Shown here: piece after piece, positions 18,611 through 27,897 of the stretch
How the letters are laid out: every line of letters starts with the position of its first letter
Position numbering within the stretch: the first letter of the stretch is position 1
Assembly (NCBI GenBank): GCA_036406615.1
Contig: DASXAQ010000020.1
Location: 16,608-80,607, forward strand
From: Actinomycetota bacterium
GTDB taxonomy: Bacteria; Actinomycetota; UBA4738
Direction of reading: 5' to 3'
DNA length: 64,000 nt
Notes under the pieces: generated by a model
Told to the model about the DNA's origin: nothing
The model's database searches: none
The model's input: only the letters and a program-made list of their open reading frames with translations
Translations under genes and position numbers: made by a program

Positions 18611-19639
18611 ATGCGCATCGCCCAGGTCTCGCCTCCCTGGCTGGCGGTCCCGCCGAAGGGCTACGGGGGCATCGAGTGGGTCGTCTCGCTGCTGACCGAC
18701 GGACTGGTCGATCGCGGCCACGACGTCACGCTGTTCGCCACGGGGGATTCGACGACCAAGGCCACGCTCGACTACGTGTTCGAGCGCGCGCCCGGGTCCG
18801 CGCAGATCAACGACATCTGGCACGACACCGTGCACACGCTGCACGCGTTCCGCGACCTCGACGCGTTCGACGTCTTCCACGTGCACTCGCCGTGGTCCGC
18901 CCTGGCCGCCGGCGCCGCGGCCGGTCGGCCGCTCGTCCACACGCTGCACGGGTCGTTCACGGACGAGATGCGGCAGGTGTACGCGCAAATCGGAGACCGG
19001 GCCTGGTTCGTGGCCATCAGCGAGAACCAGCGTTCGCACATGCCGGAGCTCAACTACGCGGGCGTCGTGTACAACGGCATCGACGTCCCGGCCTATCCGT
19101 TTCGCACGGACAAGGACGACTTCGTCCTGTTCCTCGGCCGCGCGGCTCCGGACAAGGGCGTCCTGCGCGCCGTCCTGGCCGCGCGCGAGGCGGGCGTTCG
19201 GCTCGTCATCGCGGTGAAGGTGGCGCACGACGAGGAGATCCGCCACTGGAACGAGGACGTGTTGCCGGTCATGCCACCGGACGCGACGGTGCTGGGGGAG
19301 ATCACGATCGACGAGAAGCTCGACCTGCTGTCGCGGGCGCGCGCGGTGCTGTTCCCGATCGACTGGGACGAACCCTTCGGCCTGGTCATGGCCGAGGCGA
19401 ACGCGTGCGGCACGCCGGTGATCGCCACCCCGCGCGGCTCCGTGCCGGAGGTGATCGCCGACGGTCAGACCGGGTTCCTCGTCCCGGTCGAGGACTATCC
19501 GAAGCAGGCCGCGGCGGCGCTCGACCGCCTGAGCGGGATCGATCCAGACGCGTGCCGGCGCCGGGTCGAGGAGCGGTTCAGTACCGACGCCATGGTGTCG
19601 GGCTACGAGGCCGCGTTCGAACGCGCGATCTCGTCCTGA
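18611..19639 (+). CDS. glycosyltransferase family 4 (GT-B fold)
   Basis: 342 aa. MRIAQVSPPWLAVPPKGYGGIEWVV..., and C-terminal EPFGLVMAEANACGTPVIAT (E-x7-E-type motif). Confidence 0.9.
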   Translation: MRIAQVSPPWLAVPPKGYGGIEWVVSLLTDGLVDRGHDVTLFATGDSTTKATLDYVFERAPGSAQINDIWHDTVHTLHAFRDLDAFDVFHVHSPWSALAAGAAAGRPLVHTLHGSFTDEMRQVYAQIGDRAWFVAISENQRSHMPELNYAGVVYNGIDVPAYPFRTDKDDFVLFLGRAAPDKGVLRAVLAAREAGVRLVIAVKVAHDEEIRHWNEDVLPVMPPDATVLGEITIDEKLDLLSRARAVLFPIDWDEPFGLVMAEANACGTPVIATPRGSVPEVIADGQTGFLVPVEDYPKQAAAALDRLSGIDPDACRRRVEERFSTDAMVSGYEAAFERAISS

Positions 19640-19669
19640 TCCTCGGCGCGCCCCCGCGCGCTCTGTCTG

Positions 19670-20584
19670 CTACGCGTGCGCCGCTTCCGCCGAGGGCCTG
19701 GCGCGCAACTCGAGGATCGTCGCCTCGGGGCGGCACAGGAACCGGAACGGCGCGTATCTGCTCGTGCCGAGCCCCGGCGACACGTGCATGAGCGCGGGCG
19801 GGATGCTCGACAGGCCCATGGCGATGCGCGTCGGCAGCTGGCCGTTGGTGACGAGCGCGCCGACGACCGGAAGCCGAACCTGGCCGCCGTGCGTGTGCCC
19901 CGCGACGATCAGCTCGTAACCCAGCGCGGCCAGCTCGGGAGCCGGGTCGGGGGAGTGCACGATCGCCAGGCCGACCGCCCCGTCGTCCGAACGGGCGGCC
20001 ACGCGCAGGTCCTGCCGGCCGATGTGCGGGTCGTCCAGCCCCACCACCTCGAACCGGACGCCGTCGGAGGCCAGGCTGGCCTTGCGGTTTCGCAGGTGCT
20101 GCCATCCGTCGCGCTCCAGGAGCCGGACGAGGTCGTCGGCCCTGCCGCGGATCGCCTTGCGGGGCTTTCGTTCTCGCAGGAAGTAGCGCGCGTAGTTGAG
20201 GGGCTGCGGCGCGTAGTAGTCGTTCGAGCCGAGCACGACGTACGACGCCAGCCGCCCACGGATGGGACGCAGGGCGGCGGCCGCCGCCTCGACGGCCTCG
20301 GGCCCGCCGACCAGGTCGCCCGTGGCCACCGCCACGTCGGCGGGAGGAAGCGACGCCAGGAAGGACACCAACGAGCGGTTGCTTGGGAGCAGGTGAAGGT
20401 CCGAAACGTGCAGGATCGTCAGCGGGTGGGCCCCCTCCGGGAGCACGGGCAACCGGTAGACCCGCCGGCGGTACCATCGTCGCTCGATGAACACGCCGTA
20501 CGCGACGCACAGGGCGCCGGCGCCAACCACGGCCACGAGCGCGACGACGAGGTTCGGGATGCCGGCGAGCGGGGGGAAGCGCAT
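19670..20584 (-). CDS. membrane-anchored metallophosphoesterase (YkuE/calcineurin-like)
   Basis: Start MRFPPLAGIPNLVVALVAVV (TM helix), then ILHVSDLHL, TGDLV, LGSNDYY, AGHTHGGQ. Confidence 0.85.
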   Translation of the reverse strand: MRFPPLAGIPNLVVALVAVVGAGALCVAYGVFIERRWYRRRVYRLPVLPEGAHPLTILHVSDLHLLPSNRSLVSFLASLPPADVAVATGDLVGGPEAVEAAAAALRPIRGRLASYVVLGSNDYYAPQPLNYARYFLRERKPRKAIRGRADDLVRLLERDGWQHLRNRKASLASDGVRFEVVGLDDPHIGRQDLRVAARSDDGAVGLAIVHSPDPAPELAALGYELIVAGHTHGGQVRLPVVGALVTNGQLPTRIAMGLSSIPPALMHVSPGLGTSRYAPFRFLCRPEATILELRARPSAEAAHA

Positions 20585-20599
20585 GGGGAGCCGATTGTA

Positions 20600-21052
20600 G
20601 TGGCGGACCTGAAGGCCCGGTTGCAGGAAGATCTGAAGAACGCGTTGCGGTCCGGTGAGAAGGTTCGACTGAGCGCGCTTCGCATGCTCGCGTCGTCCGT
20701 CAAGTACCGCGAGGTCGAGGTCGGCCATGACCTGTCGGACGACGAGTTCGTCGAGGTCGCCTCGAAGGAGGTCAAGCGCCGCCGCGAGGCGATCGAGGCC
20801 TACGAGAAGGCGGGCAGGCAGGACCGCGCCGGCGTCGAGCGCGAGGAGCAGACGGTCCTGGAGGCGTACGTGCCGGCGGGGCTCACGCCGGATGAGGTTG
20901 ACGCGCTCATCGATGAAGCCGTCGCCGCGACGGGAGCGTCGGGGCCGGGCGACATGGGCAAGGTGATGGGCCGCGTCATGGCGAACGCGAAGGGCCGCGC
21001 CGACGGTCGGGTCGTCCAGGACAAGGTCCGCGCGCGCCTCGGGGGCGCCTGA
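20600..21052 (+). CDS. GatB/YqeY domain protein
   Basis: VADLKARLQEDLKNALRSGEKVRLSALRMLASSVKYREVE... is a typical YqeY N-terminus. GTG at 20600 with GGGGAG upstream. Confidence 0.85.
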   Translation: MADLKARLQEDLKNALRSGEKVRLSALRMLASSVKYREVEVGHDLSDDEFVEVASKEVKRRREAIEAYEKAGRQDRAGVEREEQTVLEAYVPAGLTPDEVDALIDEAVAATGASGPGDMGKVMGRVMANAKGRADGRVVQDKVRARLGGA

Positions 21053-21068
21053 GAAGCCGGCGGGCTTC
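21053..21068. terminator. short hairpin between convergent genes
   Basis: GAAGCC-GGCG-GGCTTC immediately after the YqeY stop. Confidence 0.35.
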
Positions 21069-21097
21069 CCGGGCCGCCGCGCTCCGTCGGTGGCTGC

Positions 21098-23485
21098 TCA
21101 GCGCGAGCCGCGCCCGCGGCGACGCCACACCGGCAGGACGACGGCCGGGATCAGGACCGACAGCGCCGGCCACAACGGCATCCCGGCGGCGGGTCCCGCG
21201 CCCGGGCCCGGCGGCGGCCCCTCGGTGGGTGAGCTCGTCTGGGTGGGTGTGGGCGACGGAGTGTGCGTCGGCGGCGGCGAGTGTGTCGGCGGCGGCTTCG
21301 GCTTCTGGCCGTTGCTCACCCAGATCGTCACGCCGGTCCCGATGGGCGCGGAGCTCCCGCCGCCCGGATCCTGCTTGAAGACGATCCCCGAGGGCTGGTT
21401 CGACGGCGCCAGCTTCACGATGGCCGCGTACTTGGCCTTCGCCAGGATCGACGTCGCCTCGGCCTGGGTCTTGCCGACGACGTTCGGCACCGTTCCGCTC
21501 TTGATCGGCGGCCGACCCGCGTGCAGGAAGTCCCGAACGGGCATATGCCTGGTTACCGCCAGCATGTACTGGTGCCAGATGGGCGCGGCCAGGACGCCGC
21601 CGAACCCCTCGCCGTAGCGAGGCACGGCGCGCATCGGGCATTCGCACTTCTCGTAGCCCACCCAGACGCCGGCGGTGAGCTGGCGGATGTAGCCCATGAA
21701 CCAGGCGTCCTGGAAGTCGTCGCCCGTGCCGGTCTTGCCCGCCTCCGGGCGACAGTCGCTGGGACACAGCTGGGCGGCCGTCCCGGTTCCCCCAGAGATC
21801 ACGCCCTGGAGCATCTGCGTCTCCAGGGAGGCGACCTGCGGCGTGATGGCCTCGGTGCAGCGGGGGCGGGCGCGAAACACCGTGGCGCCGCTCGAGTCGG
21901 CGATCCGGGAGATCGAGTACGGCAGGCAGTGCTGGCCGCCGTTGGGGAGCGTCGAGTACGCGGCGGTCATCTCCAGGGGCGTGACGCCCAGGCCGGTCGT
22001 GCCGAGCGTCAACGGGCACACGGGCGTGAGCGGCGTGCGGATGCCCATGGCCCGGGCGGTGTCGGCCACGTTCTGGGGGCCGACCTCGTTGATCACCTGC
22101 GCGAACACCGCGTTCACCGAGTCCGCGGTCGCCGCCCACAGCGAGTAGTTCCCGCCGCCCGGTTCGGCGTTGTGCACCGTCCACGTCTCGCCGCCGCCGC
22201 AGTTCGGGATCGTCTTCGGCGAGTTCCCGTTGAACACGGAGTCGGGCGAGATGCCTTCGCTGAGCGCGGTTGCCAGCGTGAACGCCTTGAACGCGCTGCC
22301 GGCCGTCCGGTGGCCCTGCATCGCCAGGTAGAACTTGTGCTTCGGCCACGCGTAATTGCCGTCGGCCGCGGCGACGATCGCGCCCGTCTGGGGCACGACG
22401 CTCACGAGTGCCGCCTGCGGCATGCCCGCCCCGTACAGGTGGCTCTTGATGGCGTTCTCCGCCGCCTCCTGGAAGCGCGGGTTCAGCGTGGTGTAGATCT
22501 TCAGCCCGCCCTGGAACAACGCGTGAACTCGGTCCTCATACGTGGCGCCGAATCGCGGATCGGCGAGGAAGCTGTTGACGACGTACTGCACCCACTTCGG
22601 CTGCCGGACCACGTTGCGCATCGACGAACGCAGCTTGATGCGCGTCTGGATCGCGTCGTCGTACTGCGACTGCGTGATCCAGTGCAGGTCGAGCATGCGC
22701 GCCAGCACGAAGTTGCGCCGGGCCAGCGCGGCCGTGGCGTGGTGGATGGGGTCGAGGTCCGCCGGCGCGTTGATCATCCCCGCCAGTAGCGCGGCCTGCG
22801 GCAGCGTGAGCTTGTCGACGCGTTCGCCGAAGTACCACTCGGCGGCCGTCCCGATGCCGTAGACGCCGTTGCCGAGGTACACCTGATTGAGGTAGGCCTC
22901 GAGGATCTGGTCCTTGGTGTACTTCTGCTGCAGGCGGATCGCGTCCTGCGCCTCCTTGATCTTTCGCGAGATCGTGACCGCGTTGCCGACTTCGGTGTTC
23001 TTCACGAGCTGCTGCGTGATCGTGGACGCGCCCTGGACGACCCCACCGGCTCGCAGGTTGGCGACCAGCGCGCGCACGATCGACGGCACGTCGATCGGCC
23101 CGTGCTCGTAGAAGCCGTGGTCCTCGATCGCCAGCACGGCCTGACGCGAGATCTCGTTGACCTGCTTCAGCGGGACGATCTTGCGGTTGTAGGTGAGCCA
23201 CACGTTCGCCAGCACCGAGCCGTTGGCGGCGTAGAGGGTCGAGCGCGACGGAAGCGTGGGGATGGTGAGCGGCACCGTCGTCTTGCCGAGGAACTTCTGG
23301 TCCACCTGTTTCACGGCGTAGCCGGCGCCGCCGATGAACGGCAGCAGCCCCAGCGCGATCAGCCCGGCGGTGAGCGCCATCACCAGCAGGAAGGCGAACG
23401 GCCGGACCCCGATCCGGACCGCCCGCGTCCGGCGCAAGCGGGTCCAGCGCTGTCGGGCTGCAGCAAGGCGTGACGAGATGTCCAT
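21098..23485 (-). CDS. class A penicillin-binding protein (GT51 transglycosylase + transpeptidase + PASTA) with an extra C-terminal anchor
   Basis: 795 aa. N-terminal TM helix, AIEDHGFYEH and RKIKEA (GT51), SAFKAF (SxxK), PASTA (VPNVVGKTQAEATSILA), a Pro/Thr-rich linker, then a terminal hydrophobic helix + WRRRGRGSR. Confidence 0.95.
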   Translation of the reverse strand: MDISSRLAAARQRWTRLRRTRAVRIGVRPFAFLLVMALTAGLIALGLLPFIGGAGYAVKQVDQKFLGKTTVPLTIPTLPSRSTLYAANGSVLANVWLTYNRKIVPLKQVNEISRQAVLAIEDHGFYEHGPIDVPSIVRALVANLRAGGVVQGASTITQQLVKNTEVGNAVTISRKIKEAQDAIRLQQKYTKDQILEAYLNQVYLGNGVYGIGTAAEWYFGERVDKLTLPQAALLAGMINAPADLDPIHHATAALARRNFVLARMLDLHWITQSQYDDAIQTRIKLRSSMRNVVRQPKWVQYVVNSFLADPRFGATYEDRVHALFQGGLKIYTTLNPRFQEAAENAIKSHLYGAGMPQAALVSVVPQTGAIVAAADGNYAWPKHKFYLAMQGHRTAGSAFKAFTLATALSEGISPDSVFNGNSPKTIPNCGGGETWTVHNAEPGGGNYSLWAATADSVNAVFAQVINEVGPQNVADTARAMGIRTPLTPVCPLTLGTTGLGVTPLEMTAAYSTLPNGGQHCLPYSISRIADSSGATVFRARPRCTEAITPQVASLETQMLQGVISGGTGTAAQLCPSDCRPEAGKTGTGDDFQDAWFMGYIRQLTAGVWVGYEKCECPMRAVPRYGEGFGGVLAAPIWHQYMLAVTRHMPVRDFLHAGRPPIKSGTVPNVVGKTQAEATSILAKAKYAAIVKLAPSNQPSGIVFKQDPGGGSSAPIGTGVTIWVSNGQKPKPPPTHSPPPTHTPSPTPTQTSSPTEGPPPGPGAGPAAGMPLWPALSVLIPAVVLPVWRRRGRGSR

Positions 23486-23581
23486 CGGCGATCAGGCTAT
23501 CCAGGGAGTTGGCCGGAAGATGGATGAAAGCTTAGCGTCCGTCAGCGCCTTGCGGGCGGTGGGCGGGCGGATTCGCGACCG

Positions 23582-23587
23582 TACAAT
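23582..23587 (+). promoter_or_regulatory. -10-like TACAAT 6 nt upstream of the NfeD GTG (leaderless candidate)
   Basis: cgaccgTACAATcgcccgGTG. No room for an SD sequence. Confidence 0.35.
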
Positions 23588-23593
23588 CGCCCG

Positions 23594-24958
23594 GTGATCC
23601 CCCCGCGTCGCCCCCCGGTGCGCGCCGCCGTCCTGTTCGCCGCGATCTCGGTCTCGGTCGTCGGCGGCGCCCTCACGTCCGATGCGGCCGCGTCCACGCC
23701 GTCGGTGCAGATCGTGCAGGTGCACGGGCAGGTCGACCCCGCGCTGTCGGGCTACGTTCGCGGGTCCGTCGAGGACGCCGAACGAACGGGGTCCACCGTC
23801 GTGCTGCAGCTGGACTCGCCGGGCGCGTACGGGGACCTGGCCGTCTCGCTTGCGGACTTCCTTCGCCACGCCACCGTGCCGGTGGTGACGTGGGTGGGTC
23901 CGGTGGGGGCGCGGGCCGAAGGCGGCGCCATGTTCCTGGTCTACGGATCGGACCTGGCCGCGATGGCGCCCGGGGCCGGCATCGGGCCGGCGCGTCCGTT
24001 CGACCTGGCGACGTCCGCGTCGCGGGAGCCGGCCGCGCAGGTGGCGTCCAACTCGGCGCGGCTCGCCGCCCTGGCTCCCGGCTCGGGGGCGACCGCGAGG
24101 GGGGCCCTGCTGAGCGTGGGGCGGGCGCTGCCGGCGGGCCCGGCGCTCGACGCCGGAGCCGTGGCGTTGGTCGCGCCCGACGTCCCCGGGCTCCTTCGAC
24201 AGCTGGACGGACGAACGGTCCAGACGGCGCGGGGACCGGTGACGCTTGCCACCTTGGGCCGCCCGGGACGCCCCGTCGATGTGTCGTTCCACGAGATCGG
24301 CCCATGGCGGCGCGCGCTGCACGCGGTCAGCACGCCCGCGGCCGTGTACGTCCTGTTGCTCCTCGCGCTGTGGGGCATCGCGTTCGAGTTCACGCAGCCC
24401 GGCCTGGGGCTCGCCGGGATCGTCGGGGTGCTGTGTCTGGCGCTGGCGGCGTACGGGCTGGCGGTGGTGCCGGTGCACTGGGCGGGCATCGCCCTGATCC
24501 TGATCGGCACGGGCCTGCAGGCTGCCGACGTCATGGTCCGGCGCCTGGCGTGGCTGACCGCGATCGGCAGCGCCCTGTTCCTGGCGGGCTCGATCGTGGC
24601 CTGGTGGGGAGTGGCGCCGGCCGTCGCGCCTGCCCTGTGGCTCATCGTCCTGGCGACCGTTGCCGGGTTCGTCGTCTTCGGCTTCGGGATGACCGTGGCG
24701 CTGAAGGCGCGCGAGCGGATCCGCACCGCCCAGATCGGGCTGGTCGGCCTGGTGGGCGAGGCGCGCAGCGACCTGGATCCGGAGGGCGGCGTGTTCGTCA
24801 AGGGGACGCTGTGGCGCGGGCGGTCGTCGAACGGGCGGATCCCGCGCGGGACCCGCGTTCGCGTGCGCGGCGTCGACGGGTTGGTCCTTCGGGTGGAGCC
24901 GGATCCCGGCGACGTGCCGAACGGGCCCGACCTGCCGCCGCCAGCGCCCGCCGGCTGA
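23594..24958 (+). CDS. NfeD-family membrane-bound serine protease (ClpP-class, long form)
   Basis: 454 aa. Signal sequence, VQVHGQVDPALSGYV...LQLDSPG, central TM block, and a C-terminal OB-like domain (GTLWRGRS). Confidence 0.85.
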   Translation: MIPPRRPPVRAAVLFAAISVSVVGGALTSDAAASTPSVQIVQVHGQVDPALSGYVRGSVEDAERTGSTVVLQLDSPGAYGDLAVSLADFLRHATVPVVTWVGPVGARAEGGAMFLVYGSDLAAMAPGAGIGPARPFDLATSASREPAAQVASNSARLAALAPGSGATARGALLSVGRALPAGPALDAGAVALVAPDVPGLLRQLDGRTVQTARGPVTLATLGRPGRPVDVSFHEIGPWRRALHAVSTPAAVYVLLLLALWGIAFEFTQPGLGLAGIVGVLCLALAAYGLAVVPVHWAGIALILIGTGLQAADVMVRRLAWLTAIGSALFLAGSIVAWWGVAPAVAPALWLIVLATVAGFVVFGFGMTVALKARERIRTAQIGLVGLVGEARSDLDPEGGVFVKGTLWRGRSSNGRIPRGTRVRVRGVDGLVLRVEPDPGDVPNGPDLPPPAPAG

Positions 24959-25009
24959 CGCGGTCAACGCGGCGGCGGCCCCTGCCGATACCCATCTCGA
25001 GGTGCGCGC

Positions 25010-25507
25010 ATGAACGGAGCCCGGGCGATCGTCCTGGTCGTCGACGACGATCCCGACCTGCAGCTGCTGTTGCGCTCGACCCTGCAGACGGAAGGGTACG
25101 AAGTCCGCAGCGCGACGGGCGCGCTGTCCGCCATGGACCGCATCCGCGAGGACCGGCCGCAGCTGGTGCTGCTCGACCTCATGATGCCGGAGGTGGACGG
25201 CTGGGCCGTGCTGGAGGCGCACGCTCGTGAGTTCGCGGACGAACGGGACGCTCCGAGGTTCATCGTCGTGTCCGCCAAGGCCGCCGACGAGGACCGCGCT
25301 CGCGCGGTGGGGCTCGGCGCCGACGACTACGTGACCAAGCCGTTCGACCCTCGGGCGCTCGCGGGCGTCATCCGCGAGGTCCTGGCCAGGACCCGCGAGG
25401 AGGCCGAGGCGAACCGTCGGGCGCTGCTCGCCAGGTTGGCGGCCCGAGGCGCCGGGCGCGCCGGGGTCGGTCCGGACCAGGGCGCGCCCGCGGCCGAGGC
25501 CTCCTGA
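25010..25507 (+). CDS. single-domain response regulator (CheY-like receiver)
   Basis: VLVVDDDPDLQ..., LVLLDLMMPEVDG, DDYVTKPFDP. No output domain; Ala/Arg-rich tail. Confidence 0.85.
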   Translation: MNGARAIVLVVDDDPDLQLLLRSTLQTEGYEVRSATGALSAMDRIREDRPQLVLLDLMMPEVDGWAVLEAHAREFADERDAPRFIVVSAKAADEDRARAVGLGADDYVTKPFDPRALAGVIREVLARTREEAEANRRALLARLAARGAGRAGVGPDQGAPAAEAS

Positions 25508-25677
25508 CCGGGTCCGACGCGGCCCCGATCCCTGCGACCGGGCGGGTCGCACCCCACGGCCGCCGGTGTGTGCCGATTGTGTGAACCTGCCGGGCACCCG
25601 AAACGAAATCAATCCCTTGCGCGTCGATCACCGAAGTACCAATCGAGACCGCCCCGAAGGAGGGAAGGGCAGCACCG

Positions 25678-25959
25678 ATGGCCGCCGAATCGTGGGACTA
25701 CGGGTGGCAGTGGCGAGCGGCGTGCCGCGGCGAGGACGCCCACCTGTTCTTCCCGCCCAGCCACTTCGAGCGCTCCGAGGAGAAGCGCGGCCGCGAGCGC
25801 AAGGCCAGGGCCATCTGCGGCGGCTGCCCCGTCAGGGTCGAGTGTCTGGACTACGCGCTGCGCGTGCGCGAGTCGCACGGCGTCTGGGGCGGCCTGAACG
25901 AAGCCGAACGGCGAGCGCTGCTGCGAGAGCGCGAGAACCAGCTTCGATCCATCGGGTAG
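25678..25959 (+). CDS. WhiB family transcriptional regulator
   Basis: 93 aa. Four Cys (AACRG...CGGCPVRVEC), GVWGG turn, basic tail. GGAGGG RBS. Confidence 0.9.
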   Translation: MAAESWDYGWQWRAACRGEDAHLFFPPSHFERSEEKRGRERKARAICGGCPVRVECLDYALRVRESHGVWGGLNEAERRALLRERENQLRSIG

Positions 25960-26010
25960 GCCGCGCGAGCCGGCGGGGCGCAGCAGCCGGCCCGGCGTCG
26001 CGGCCGGCGA

Positions 26011-27897
26011 TCATCCCCCGCCTCGAAGGACCCGAAGGTCCCCGCGACGCACCGTGACCCCCTGCGCATCCAGGTACTCGAGCAGCGGGACGGCGAACTT
26101 CCTGCTGGTGCCGAGCGCCTCGCGGAAGCTCGACACGCTGATCCCCTGTGCCGGACCTTCCGCGACGGCGCGACGCCCCCGATCCACCAGGTCGGGCGTC
26201 ATCACGATGTCGGCCGAGACGCGCACCAGGCGTCCTTCCGCACACACGGCCGACAGCAGCTCCGGTTCGAAGCCTCGCGCGAACAGCTCGGCCACGGTCG
26301 GCGGGGTGGGCTCCGCGGCGGCGACCGTGGCCGTCAACCGATCGGCCTCGGGGTTGCCTTCGGTCGTCGGGCGATGCGACGGCAGGCTCACCGTCGCGCC
26401 GGCGCGCGCGATCCGGCCGGTCCGCGCCAGGGAGTCGAAGACCTCGTCGGCCAGTCCCGGATCGGCCAGCAGCGGGTGGACGCGCGCCAGGACCGGGCGC
26501 AGGCTCGGCGCGTCGACGCCTGCACGCAGCGGGTGCTCCGCGTGCTGGTCGCGCAGGTGCGCATCGATCTCGCCGCTCACGCGCTCCATGATCGAAGCGG
26601 CCGCCACCCACGGCCCGAGTCCCACGAGACGGGCGCCCTCCCCCGAGCTCACGGCCGCATCCACGCCGGTCAGCACCCGCACGTCGGCCGCGCGGACGAC
26701 GCCGCGCTCCTCGACGAGCAGCGCCGCCAGCGCGCGCCGGTCGGTGGCGGCGCTTCGGGCGGCCAGGAAGTCGGCGTGGCCCGCCTCCCATCGACGAGGG
26801 GGTTCCACGTCCAGCACGCGGCCGCCGGCGACGGTCTCGCGCCGGCCGACTTCGCGGAGCACGAACGCGTCGTGCACGTCGAGCACCAGCGGCTTGCTCA
26901 CCGCGATCCGCGCCAACGCCGTGTCCCGGCCGGGCTCCAACCCGGGTGTTTGCGGCGGGAAGCGGACCCGCGCGTCGCTCTCGGCGGCGCCCACGTGGAT
27001 CTTGTACGCGCCCCTTGACGTGAGGCGGTGGGCCAGCCCGCGCACCGGCCACAGGACCACGTCGAACGTCGAGGTCGGCCGCCAGCGTCCCGCCTGCACC
27101 AGCGCGTCGCCACGGTCCAGGTCCGCCTTCGCCGTGCCCGCCAGGTTCACCGCGACGCGCGAGACGGGGCGCGCGACCTCAAGCGACCGCTTGTGCGTCT
27201 GCAGCCCCCGGATACGGGCGCGATGCCCGGACGGCAGGATCTGCGCCTCGTCACCGACCCGCAGCGGTCCGCCCGTGAGCGTGCCGGTGACCACCGTCCC
27301 GGCGCCCCGGATCGTGAACGCGCGGTCGATGAACTGCCGCGGGCGACCGTCCGACTCGGGCGGCGGCGCGGCCGCCAGCATGGCGTCCAGGGCCGCGCGG
27401 AGCTCGTCCAGCCCCTCGCCGGTGACCGAGGAGCAGGCAACGATATCCACTCCCTGCAAAGCGGTGCCCTGCAGTCGTTCTCGGACCTCCTCGCGCCGCG
27501 CTTCCACGGTGGGCGGATCCACCGCGTCGCGCTTCGTGAGCGCGACGACGCCGCCGCGGGCTCCCAGCACGTCGACGATCTCCAGGTGCTCCTCGGACTG
27601 CGGCTTCCATCCCTCGTCGGCGGCGACCACGAACAACACCAGCCGCACGGGCCCCACCCCGGCGAGCATGTTGCGGATGAACCGTTCGTGGCCCGGCACG
27701 TCCACGAACCCAACCTCGCGGCCGGATGGCAGCGTCATCCACGCGAACCCAAGGTCGATCGTGAGCCCGCGGCGCTTCTCCTCGGCGAAGCGGTCGGGGT
27801 CGATGCCGGTGAGCGCAACGATCAAGGAGGACTTGCCGTGGTCCACGTGGCCCGCGGTGGCCACGACGTGAAGCGGCGCGAGGGACGGGTCGCTCAC
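26011..27897 (-). CDS. selB: selenocysteine-specific elongation factor SelB
   Basis: VSDPSLAPLHVVATAGHVDHGKSSLIVALTG, DVPGHERF, TKRD, and long C-terminal winged-helix region. GTG at 27897 overlaps the selA TGA (GTGA). The upstream part of track ORF 26011-29034 is rejected. Confidence 0.9.
   Translation of the reverse strand: MSDPSLAPLHVVATAGHVDHGKSSLIVALTGIDPDRFAEEKRRGLTIDLGFAWMTLPSGREVGFVDVPGHERFIRNMLAGVGPVRLVLFVVAADEGWKPQSEEHLEIVDVLGARGGVVALTKRDAVDPPTVEARREEVRERLQGTALQGVDIVACSSVTGEGLDELRAALDAMLAAAPPPESDGRPRQFIDRAFTIRGAGTVVTGTLTGGPLRVGDEAQILPSGHRARIRGLQTHKRSLEVARPVSRVAVNLAGTAKADLDRGDALVQAGRWRPTSTFDVVLWPVRGLAHRLTSRGAYKIHVGAAESDARVRFPPQTPGLEPGRDTALARIAVSKPLVLDVHDAFVLREVGRRETVAGGRVLDVEPPRRWEAGHADFLAARSAATDRRALAALLVEERGVVRAADVRVLTGVDAAVSSGEGARLVGLGPWVAAASIMERVSGEIDAHLRDQHAEHPLRAGVDAPSLRPVLARVHPLLADPGLADEVFDSLARTGRIARAGATVSLPSHRPTTEGNPEADRLTATVAAAEPTPPTVAELFARGFEPELLSAVCAEGRLVRVSADIVMTPDLVDRGRRAVAEGPAQGISVSSFREALGTSRKFAVPLLEYLDAQGVTVRRGDLRVLRGGG

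Noticed and set aside
18469-19639. tRNA-Pro as an integration site for a genomic island (GT4 gene next to it)
   Set aside because: There is no integrase, no visible repeat of the tRNA 3' end, and the composition is not visibly different from the flanks.
23492-25612. 706-aa minus-strand ORF opposite NfeD and the response regulator
   Set aside because: The same artefact class. The plus-strand genes carry clear family motifs.
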